From: Hydrurus foetidus
Lineage: Eukaryota
NCBI GenBank assembly: GCA_900617105.1
Contig: UYFQ01000510.1
Span: 1-64,000, forward strand
Direction: 5' to 3'
DNA: 64,000 bases
Position 1 is the first letter of the stretch. Each line of letters starts with the position of its first letter. Under the pieces are notes generated by a model. The model was not told the origin of the DNA, made no database searches, and saw nothing but the letters and a program-made list of their open reading frames with translations. The translations under genes were made by a program, and so were the position numbers. Positions 21,801-33,200 of this stretch are shown piece after piece.

Positions 21801-23743
21801 TAATATCGATTGATAGCACCTGATCTCTTTGAACAATCTTGGTGCTGACTGTGATGTCAGCTGCGTCTGTCGATCTCTTGACTGTCTTTCCTTTTACGGA
21901 AGCGATGTCTTACGGAAGCGATAGCATTCTCACAGTACCAGTTCTGTTCCCCAGAGGGAGCGTCGGCAATCTGGAAGTCCCTAGCAGTAATCTCGAAGTT
22001 GCTCCCAGTATTGACGATCGACATGGCCTGTTCCACTGTTGGAAATCCCATTCGTGCTAACATCTCGCGGGCTCGTCGAGCCTGCTCAATCTCTCTCTTA
22101 CTGAAGGCTCTGGAATTCGCTGCTACCGTTGTCACTAGGGCAGTATCTGCGTCGACCTCTCGCCAGTCGCACGAGTAAAAGCGACCCTCACTTCCTTCAA
22201 TCTGTTTCCTCCCGAATCGGTAAGTCCGCTCGCTACCCTTCGGCTGTAGAGTGAAATAGTCTCTCTCGTTATCGTAATTGATAGTGGCTCCCGCATCCTT
22301 CTGTGACGCGAAGGATAAGATGTTGGCCGAAGCCGATCCACTGTAGAACACAGTGCCGAGCTCCCTGAAATCTCCTTCACGGTCGACTGTCACGCTGGTA
22401 CCCAGCTGAATACCGCCGACTTGAATGGACCTTTCCGCTTTCCTTATCCCGGTAAGTAACTCAGCGTTGTTGAAAATGTTTAACGAAGCCTCGTTGTCTA
22501 GAAGGACGTCATAACGAGAGAAGCAGCATTTCTCACCCGACGCTACAAGTGCTAGCCCCCACTCATCTTGCTCACTCAGATCTTCATCGTTTGGTTCCTC
22601 CACCGTTACGTGGGCTTTGGCCGATGACGATTTCGATTTCCTTTGTGGGCAGTCTCGTGCATAGTGGCCCATCTCCTCACACAGGAAACATTCTACTACA
22701 GTTAACGGTTTCTTCTTGGCCCCACCGGTCTTCCCCGCTTTCTTCTCAGGAGGGTCCTTAGATGCGGTGACGAGTGCGCTGTCTGTAACGTATGCAGCGT
22801 TCGGAGCACCGGGTGTGGGTGTGTACGGGGCGGCATCTCCGCCGCTCCAGCGGGATGCTATACGGTATGCGGCAGGGAGGGTCTTAGGGAATGCCTCCGG
22901 ATTACGGCGAAGCGCGTCGTTCTTCATGTTGTCGAGCATCCTCTTGTATCGTCGGGGGTCGAGTTTTCCTAGGAAGTTAAGTGCGCGCTTTGAGGCAGTC
23001 ACCGGCGCCATTCCCACAGCGTTATTGGCTGACACTTGTTCGTCGAATCTGAGCTTGAATGAAGTGATCAGTTCTCTCTCGCCTTATCTCATCGACGTGT
23101 ACTTACTCTCTTGTAGGTGTTGGTTGAGCTCCTGCATAGGGTCACCGTCGCAGAACATGTGAGTGAGGTGGGTCTTCCTGATCAGTGTCCATAACAGGAC
23201 GCAGTCAAGGGTCATGTATGCCTCTTCATAGTCGTCCTCCTCTCTAACTCTGCTCTGTGATTCGAGTGACATTCTCTTCCACATCATAGGGTACATCGTA
23301 CGTTCGTTCGCGTATTGTATTTTGATGTCCCGCTTCCTCTGTATGTAATCGTCTTCTTTGAACTTTGTCCTAGACCTTTCAGACAATTTTATCTTTCTTT
23401 TTCTTCTCACCGCCCTAGCCTGACTACGCGCTGCCTTTTCAGCGGCGTAAACTGCGAGTACCGCAGGGTCCTGGGCTGGTAGTTCTTCTTCAGCATCCGT
23501 AGGCTCTACTTCGTCTGCTGAGCTTTCGCTCTCCGACGATGAATCATAGGGATAATCCCTGTATGAAACTCTCGGAAGAACGTATCTCTCATTCGTGGTG
23601 AAGAACATCCCAATGATACCGTAGAGTTCGGTGATGATTGTCTGCATATGTTCTTTCCATTTGATGATGTTGTTTGATTTGCCGTATTGCAGTATACACT
23701 CATCTGGAGCTTTCAACGCTTCTACGGCACGTTTTGGAGGCAT
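18884..23743 (-). pseudogene. Copia 2 gag-pol polyprotein with stops (23084, 21358, 18929) and indels (~21910, ~19855)
   Basis: MPPKRAVEA start; CFLCEEMGHYARDC; LLDNEAS; SDGE; KARLVAGG; ANILTKPL. Confidence 0.9.
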
Positions 23744-23768
23744 TGAAATGCCGATGCCAGTCAAATTA

Positions 23769-24085
23769 TGTTGGAGGATCTTTGGGTTCCGAGGTCGTGC
23801 ACGAACGAGGTAGTACAGCACCGAAAGATCTCAGAGCCAAGGCTTGTAGAATAAGACAACCGTTGTCAGTAAATACTTGTTAATTTGACTGTGATGCATC
23901 CTCATGACAACCACTAGTCTCTCTTGATGCATCCATGTCTATATATTCCTACACTACGCTTGAAGTACAGAACAAATGCACAGGGTCCATACATCTCATT
24001 TACGCCACACAAATAGTCCGTACCGCCGTACGGAGCCATAAGTACACATATTGTGTTCGTGTCATAAACTACGATACCTCCAACA
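23769..24085 (-). repeat. Copia 2 5' LTR (317 bp)
   Basis: TGTTGGAGG...CCTCCAACA terminal inverted repeats; TATA-like sequence near 23940. Confidence 0.95.
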
Positions 24086-24212
24086 ATAGAAACTGAAGAA
24101 ACAAGAGACACCTCCGCTTCAAGTGCAGATCAGGTCGTTACTCTGCTGTTCCCAGACGGCTTCGTTTCTTGGCCGAGAGATATCACTTCTCGTGCGCTGT
24201 AGATGCCTTGAA

Positions 24213-27200
24213 ATGGCCAGTCTATTGAAGATATTCGTATGGCTGATGACTTCATGGTCAACCATGTCTAAAATCGATATTGGAAGGAATTCGCACCACA
24301 CCTCGACTTTTGATCGCACAGCGCCACAAGAGACAACAATGGAAAAAGCTCTCAACGGAGACAGTTTTCGAAAAAGCAACATTAGAGCTGATGATGGTAG
24401 GCGATGAATTGTTGACAAAAAAATATATGATCGTAGAATGATTACCCTGCCACATTTCCCTCCTACTTTACTATCAATGAACTAGAAAGAATGACTTACA
24501 CAATTTGAATCCATAAATCGTTTCACATAGCAGGCAGTCGTCGTGGGTTGATGACAACCTACTATCCCATTGGCGTGCAATACAATACGACACTTTCCTT
24601 CATCAACAGCTATTGCACACCGTGCCTGTACGTCGACTATTATCAGGCCACCAAGTCTACCGACATTTTTGGATGCAGAGGACCTTATCTATTCGTTGGT
24701 GCCATAAAGAAGGGAAAGAGTGTATTTCAATTAGGTGGCTTCAGTCCGGTTGATGTGATTCGCTCTACAACCCTTCTTAATTCACCGGCTCTCTCGAATG
24801 GTATATACTGGTACTTTACTAGCGGTCACTCTTTCGGGTTCGCAGATAGTCCCACTATCAATCAGAACTACGCCGATTCAGCTATCAATCCTGACCCTTT
24901 CTCCCGACTCTCATGGCTGATTGATTCAACTGCTGGTGGCGACCGCGCAGGGACCTCACTACATGTCAAGAGCGGGGAATTCTTCAAGGTTATCTACAAC
25001 TGCCCTGAGAAATATCAAAATTCCCGTCTTCTGTCAGAGCTGCCGTTCCAACCAGCATATGCTCCAACCTATGTTCTAACAAATACTTCATCAACGCCCA
25101 CAACTCAACCTAGTCAAAAATCAAGTGGCAAACCGACAGGACAGCCAACAAATAAACCCTCTGGACAGCCAACCAATGTGCCAATAGCCCAGACCACGAT
25201 GCAGATTACGGAACAGCCGACCTCATTGCCAACAGGGCGGCCAACGATGCAGCATACTGGTCAGCCAACGGTGCGACCGACGGGACAGCAGACTTCACTG
25301 CCAGTACCGACAATTAAACACACTGCTCGACCTACTGGTCAGCCAACGATGCAGCCCACCGATCAGTCGATAGAGCAGCTTACGGGGCGGCCTAACGTTC
25401 GTCCAACAGGCCAGCCAACATCTTCACCAACGGGAAAGCCGACATCTCTTCCAACAAGTATACCGACAAGTCATCCGACATCACTTCCAACAAGTATGCC
25501 GACAGGTCATCCCACCGGTCAACCGACGACGGAACCCACATCTTCGCCGTCTGGTCAGCCTACGATGCAACCTACTGGTCAGCCGACTGGAAAGCCGACA
25601 TCCTTACCGACAGGACAGCCGACATCTGTACCGACAACGCCATCAGGACAACCGACAGGACAACCCTCTGGTCAGCCATCAGGACTACCAACAGGTCTAC
25701 CGACGACGCAGCCTACAGGAGAGCCCACCTCACTGCCAACGAGCCTGCCGACATCTCTACCGACTGGAAAGCCGACATCTCTACCGACATCTTCACCAAC
25801 GAGAAAGCCGACAGGTCTACCGACAAGCATACCGACGTCACTTCCAACAAGTATACCGACAAGCATACCGACAAGTCATCCGACGTCACTTCCAACAAGT
25901 ATGCCGACAGGTCATCCCACCGGTCAACCGACGACGGAACCCACATCTTCGCCGTCTGGTCAGCCTACGATGCAACCTACTGGTCAGCCGACTGGAAAGC
26001 CGACATCCTTACAGACAGGACAGCCGACATCTGTACCGACAACGCCATCAGGACAACCGACAGGACAACCCTCTGGTCAGCCATCAGGACTACCAACAGG
26101 TCTACCGACGACGCAGCCTACAGGAGAGCCCACCTCACTGCCAACGAGCCTGCCGACATCTCTACCGACTGGAAAGCCGACATCTCTACCGACATCTTCA
26201 CCAACGAGAAAGCCGACAGATCTACCGACAAGCATACCGACGTCACTTCCAACAAGTATACCGACAAGCATACCGACAAGTCATCCGACGTCACTTCCAA
26301 CAAGTATGCCGACAGGTCATCCCACCGGTCAACCGACGACGGAACCCACATCTTCGCCGTCTGGTCAGCCTACGATGCAACCTACTGGTCAGCCGACTGG
26401 AAAGCCGACATCCTTACCGACAGGACAGCCGACATCTGTACCGACAACGCCATCAGGACAACCGACAGGACAACCCTCTGGTCAGCCATCAGGACTACCA
26501 ACAGGTCTACCGACGACGCAGCCTACAGGAGAGCCCACCTCACTGCCAACGAGCCTGCCGACATCTCTACCGACTGGAAAGCCGACAGGTCTACCGACAA
26601 GCATACCGACGTCACTTCCAACAAGTATACCGACAAGCATACCGACAAGTCATCCGACGTCACTTCCAACAAGTATGCCGACAGGTCATCCCACCGGTCA
26701 TCCGACGACGGAACCCACATCTTCGCCGTCTGGTCAGCCTACGATGCAACCTACTGGTCAGCCGACTGGAAAGCCGACATCCTTACCGACAGGACAGCCG
26801 ACATCTGTACCGACAACGCCATCAGGACAACCGACAGGACAACCCTCTGGTCAGCCATCAGGACTACCAACAGGTCTACCGACGACGCAGCCTACAGGAG
26901 AGCCCACCTCACTGCCAACGAGCCTGCCGACATCTCTACCGACAAGCATACCGACAGGTCAACCGACATCTACACCGACAAGCATACCGACGTCACTTCC
27001 AACAAGTATACCGACAAGCATACCGACAAGTCATCCGACATCACTTCCAACAAGTATGCCGACAGGTCATCCCACCGGTCAACCGACGACGGAACCCACA
27101 TCTTCGCCGTCTGGTCAGCCTACGATGCAACCTACTGGTCAGCCGACTGGAAAGCCGACATCCTTACCGACAGGACAGCCGACATCTGTACCGACAACGC

Positions 27201-30200
27201 CATCAGGACAACCGACAGGACAACCCTCTGGTCAGCCATCAGGACTACCAACAGGTCTACCGACGACGCAGCCTACAGGAGAGCCCACCTCACTGCCAAC
27301 GAGCCTGCCGACATCTCTACCGACAAGCATACCGACATCTCAACCGACATCTACACCGACAAGCATACCGACGTCACTTCCAACAAGTATACCGACAAGT
27401 TATCCGACATCTCTACCGACAAGCATACCGACGTCACTTCCAACAAGTATACCGACAAGAATACCGACAAGTCATCCGACGTCGGAACCCACATCTCGCC
27501 GTCTGGTCAACGAAGTATGGTCAGCCAAGCACACCAACAAGTCGCCGACGACAGAACCCACAACTTCGCCGTCTGGACAGCCTACGATTCAGCCTACTGG
27601 TCAGCCAACAGGCAGCCGACGATACAGCCTACAGGACAGCCACCAACTGCCAACAACAATACCGACAATGCAGCCCACAGGTCAGCCAACAATGCAGCCT
27701 ACCGGTCAACCGACAGGTATACCGACAAGCATACCGACAAGTCATCCGACATCACTTCCAACAAGCCGACAGGTCATCCCACGGTCAACCGACACCCACA
27801 GCCGACTGGTCAGCCGACGATGCAACCTACTGGTCAGCCGACTGATCCGACACCTTACAGGGACAGCCGACAATGTACAACCCATCAGGACAACCACACA
27901 GGTCAGCCTCAGGTACCAGGTCCCGACGATGCAGCCTACTGGACAGCCACCTCACTGCCAACAGGCCGACATCCAACAAGCAACCGACATCTCAACCCAT
28001 CACACCGACAAGCATACCGACGTCACTTCCAACAGGTATACCGACAAGTTATCCGACATCTCTACCGACAAGCATACCCACGTCACTTCCAACAAGTATA
28101 CCGACATACCGACAAGTCATCCGACGTCACTTCCAACAAGTATGCCGACAAGCATACCGACAAGTCGTCCGACGACGGAACCCACATCTTCGCCGTCTGG
28201 TCAGCCTACGATTCAGCCTACTGGTCAGCCATCAGGCCAGCCAACGATACAGCCTACGGGACAGCCAACTTTACTGCCAACAGGTATACCGACAATGCAA
28301 CCCACTGGTCAGCCAACAATGCAGCCTACCGGTCAACCGACAGGGCATCCGACAGGGCAGCCTACTGTTCAACCGACCTCACTGCCAACAAGCATTCCCA
28401 CGATACAACCCACTAGTGAGCCGACAGGGCAGCCGACAATGCAGCCTACGGGACAGCCTACTGATCAACCAACAGGGCAGCCGACAATGCAACCCACCAG
28501 TCAGCCTACTGATCAGCCGACAATGCAGCCTACTGGTCAACCGACAGGGCAGCCAACGATGCATCCTACGGGACAGCCAACATCACTGCCAACAGGTATA
28601 ACACGCCTACTGGTCAGCCTACTCAGCCAACAGGCAACCGGCAGCCGACAGGTCAGCCAACAGGACAGCCAACAGGACAGCCTACTGGTCAGCCTACGAT
28701 GCAGCCTACCGGTCAGCCGACAGGGCAGCCTACAAAGCACCCTTCTGGTCAACCGACAGGGCAGCCAACGATGCAGCCCACGGGACAGCCGACCTCACTG
28801 CCAACAGGTACACCGACAATGCAGCCTACGGGACAGCCTACTGGTCAACCGACAGGTCAGCCTACGATGCAGCCTACGGGACAGCCAACATCACTGCCAA
28901 CAGGTATACCGACGATGCAACCCACAGGACAGCCTACTGGTCAGCCTACGGGACAGCCTACTGGTCAGCCGACAGGTCGGCCAACGATGCAACCGACAGG
29001 GCAACCGACAGGTCAGCCTACGATGCATCCTACGGGACAGCCAACATCACTGCCAACAGGGATACCGACGATGCAACCCACTGCACTACCAACAGGGCAG
29101 CCCACCGTGCAACCGACAGGCCAGCCGACAGGTCAACCGACCATCCAGCCCACAGGACAGCCAACTGGTCAACCAACTGGTCAGCCTACTGGTCAACCAA
29201 CAGGTCAACCCACAGGACAGCCAACAAGTCAACCAACGATGCAACCCACGGGACAGCCAACAGGGCAGCCGACCACGGAACCTACTAGTCAACCTACTGC
29301 GCAACCGACGATGCAACCCACAGGACAGCCGACAGGTCAACCAACTGGTCAACCAACAATGCAGCCCACTGGTCAACCAACAGGTGGGCCTACCAGTCTA
29401 CCTACGGGTCAGCCTACTGGTCAACCAACAGGTCAGCCTACTGGTCAACCCACAGGTCAACCCACAGGTCAGCCAACAAGCCAACCAACGATGCAACCCA
29501 CGGGACAGCCAACAGGGCAGCCGACCACGCAACCTACCGGTCAACCCACTGCACGACCGACGATGCAACCCACAGGACAGCCGACAGGTCAACCGACCAT
29601 GCAGCCCACAGGACAACCGACAGGGCAGCCGACCACGCAACCTACCGGTCAACCAAGTGGTCAACCAACAGGTCAACCTACCAGTCAACCAACTGGTCAG
29701 CCGACAGGTCAACCAACGATGCAACCCACGGGACAGCCGACAGGTCAACCAACCATGCAACCGACAGGACAGCCGACAGGTCAGCCGACAGGTCAACCAA
29801 CTGGTCAACCCACAGGTCAACCAACTGGTCAACCTACAGGGCAGCCGACAGGTCAACCAACAGGTCAACCCACTGGTCAACCAACAGGTCAGCCTACTGG
29901 TCGACCAACAGGTCAACCAACCATGCAACCGACAGGTCAGCCGACAGGTCAACCAACGATGCAACCCACGGGACAGCCGACAGGCCAACCAACCATGCAA
30001 CCTACCGGTCAACCAAGTGGTAGTCAACCAACAATGCAACCCACAGGACAGCCGACAGGTCAACCATCTGGTCAACCAACAGGGCAGCCCACTGGTCAAC
30101 CCACAGGTCAACCTACCAATCGACCAACTGGGCAGCCGACAGGTCAACCGACCACGCAGCCCACGGGACAGCCGACAGGTCAACCAACCATGCAACCGAC

Positions 30201-33200
30201 AGGACAGCCCACAGGTCAACCAACTGGGCAACCAACAGGGCAGCCTACTGGTCAACCAACAGGACAGCCCACTGGTCAACCCACAGGTCAACCTACCAAT
30301 CGACCAACTCAGCCGACTGGTCAGCCGACAGGTCAGCCGACAGGACAGCCGACAGGACAGCCGACAGGTCAACCGACCATGCAGCCGACAGGACAGCCCA
30401 CAGGTCAACCAACTGGGCAACCAACAGGGCAGCCTACTGGTCAACCAACAGGACAGCCGACAGGTCAACCATCTGGTCAACCAACAGGGCAGCCCACTGG
30501 TCGACCAACAGGTCAACCTACCATGCAACCGACAGGTCAGCCCACTGGTCAGCCGACAGGTCAACCAACGATGCAACCCACAGGACAGCCGACAGGCCAA
30601 CCAACCATGCAACCGACAGGACAGCCGACAGGTCAACCGACAGGCAGCCAACACGCAGCCCACAGGACAGCCCACAGGTCAACCAACAGGTCAACCAACA
30701 GGGCAGCCTACTGGTCAACCAACAGGACAGCCGACAGGTCAACCATCTGGTCAACCAACAGGGCAGCCCACTGGTCAACCAACAGGTCAGCCTACTGGTC
30801 AACCTACAGGTCAACCAACAGGTCAGCCTACTGGTCAACCAACAGGTCAGCCTACCAGTCAACCAACAGGTCAGCCGACAGGTCAACCAACGATGCAACC
30901 CACGGGACAGCCGACAGGCCAACCAACCATGCAACCTACCGGTCAACCAAGTAGTCAACCAACAATGCAACCCACTGGTCAGCCTACTGGTCAACCTACA
31001 GGTCAACCAACAGGACAGCCAACTGGTCAACCAACCATGCAACCGACAGGTCAACCAACAGGTCAGCCGACAGGTCAACCAACGATGCAACCCACGGGAC
31101 AGCCGACAGGCCAGCCGACAGGCCAACCAACATTGCAACCTACCGGTCAACCAAGTAGTCAACCAACAATGCAACCCACAGGACAGCCGACAGGTCAACC
31201 AACAGGGCAGCCCACAGGACAGCCAACTGGTCAACCAACTGGTCAACCAACGAAGCAGCCCACTGGTCAACCAACAGGTAAGCCTACCAGTCTACCTACA
31301 GGGCAGCCATCATCAGCTCCGACGACACAACCAACTGCACAGCCAACTGGGCAACCGACCATGCAGCCCACAGGGCAGCCGACGGAGCAACCTACAACGC
31401 AACCCACAAGTCAACCTACAGGATTACCTACTGGCCAACCAACGTCGCAACCCACAGGACAGCCGACAGGTCAACCAACGACACAACCAACGGGAAAGCC
31501 GACATCAAAGCCCATGAGTTCGCCTACAGGACAACCCACTAATCAGCCGTCAGCATCACCAACATCACAACCCACTGGCACACCAACCGGCGAGCCGTCT
31601 GCGCGACCAACATCTCAACCCACCACACAGCCAACTAGTCAACCCACTTCACATCCCAGTAACAGACCAAGAGCGCAGCCAACAGGGCAGCCAACAATGC
31701 AGCCAACAAGTAGTCCGACTTCACGACCCACCGAGAAACATTCATCACATCCCAGCCTGGTGACAACGAAGCTGCCTACAGGACAGCCGACAAGTAAACC
31801 CTCTGGGCAGCCCTCCTGCAGCCCCACCTCCAAGCCCAACAGCAGACCGAGTGGGCAACCAACAGGGCAACCAACGAGGCAACCCACTGGACAACCCACT
31901 TCACGACCAACCCACGCCCCCACGACTTCTAAACCTACACATCGCGGTGACACTTTGAAACCAACGAGCACATCGAATCCAAGTTTCACTCCGACTGTGA
32001 TGAGCTTTCCATCCTCAATTCCGTCAGTGCGACCTACAGAGAACATCACCCCATCCGTTCCAAAAATTTTAGGGATATCCTTAAAAATAGCAGCGCACAA
32101 CGTTACATTAAACGTGACACTGTCTGCTCTGCCTATCATCAGGGACTCAGCTGGTTCGGTCTACTGCATAGCATCGACAAGCGGTGCGCCTCAATCGATC
32201 GGAGCGGTCGTGGCTGGCGGGATATTACAGCATTATCGAATAGCCTCAACATCAGTTATTCTTACCATCAGTGGTTTACTTGCATTACAGCAGTACGATG
32301 CCTACTGCTACGTGCAGATTTCTGATGGATCAGGATCAAGTATGGCTAGCATCAACAACACTCAGCAATCCTTCACGACGTCATGCTGTCAGGGAATTGC
32401 CTTCACATTTGCGCCTGCAGCGGTCTTCGGTAACATCTCACTCTACTCCAGCCGGGATAACTCCTATTCCCGTATATTCTCTTATGCACTCGATTCGCCC
32501 CCTACTAGCGGACCGATCACGGTCACTCCGATCATCACTGCTGTCGAGAACAGTCTCTCGGATCACTCGGTCATCGCCACTCCGTCATCGATTACATATC
32601 TCAGAACCTACTCCTCAAGTGAGCTTACTGGTAACTTCTATTTGTCATCGGACTTCGATACTGCTGGCGTCTTCCTCGTGTCTTTAAAAATTACGGGTCA
32701 AGATCGCAGCAACTTCACCTCCGATACGGCATTAGTCAACATACTCACTAACAGTCAGCCTCTACCAGCACCAATGATCTCGTCCTGCATCTTCGACAAT
32801 AGTGGAGGCTACTTCGTCGTTGCTTTTAGCACTGTGACTGATGAGGCAAACATCCGGTTTCTCAGTTGGAAGTGCAGCATGCTCTTTGACTTTCATGATG
32901 CTGACAACACGAACTGCTCTTGGACAAGTCTCTCCACTGTGAAGGGCTTTTTCTCCGTCTTAACAGACATTTCACTGCACCCTGGAGACACTCTGTCAGT
33001 AAGGGGGGGTAAGCTAAAGGCTGCCTGCAGACCGAAGACCGAGTGCTCCTTAAATGCATACCTGTTAGCCCATCCAGCTGTTGGGAGCGGTAGATTATTG
33101 GGTTCTAGCATATCCTCGTCCGTCATCGTACAGCAGCCGCTGGTACCTCTGGTACCACTGATTGTGCTCGGAATGCCCAGTCGAATAGGGTCGTGCAACA

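Larger units (their letters stand above)
18507..24085 (-). mobile_element. Copia-type LTR retrotransposon 2, two near-identical LTRs, coding region disrupted
   Basis: LTRs 23769-24085 and 18507-18817 (2 differences seen); purine-rich AGGGGTG before the 3' LTR on the minus strand; full gag-PR-IN-RT-RH. Confidence 0.95.

Noticed and set aside
28600..30650. [10 protein letters not shown]-rich segment of the 3397-aa ORF as a real domain
   Set aside because: It is the shifted-frame reading of the PTGQ repeat
29086..31270. Cys/Trp-rich minus-strand ORFs (WLTCRL repeats)
   Set aside because: Antisense shadows of the 12-bp coding repeat
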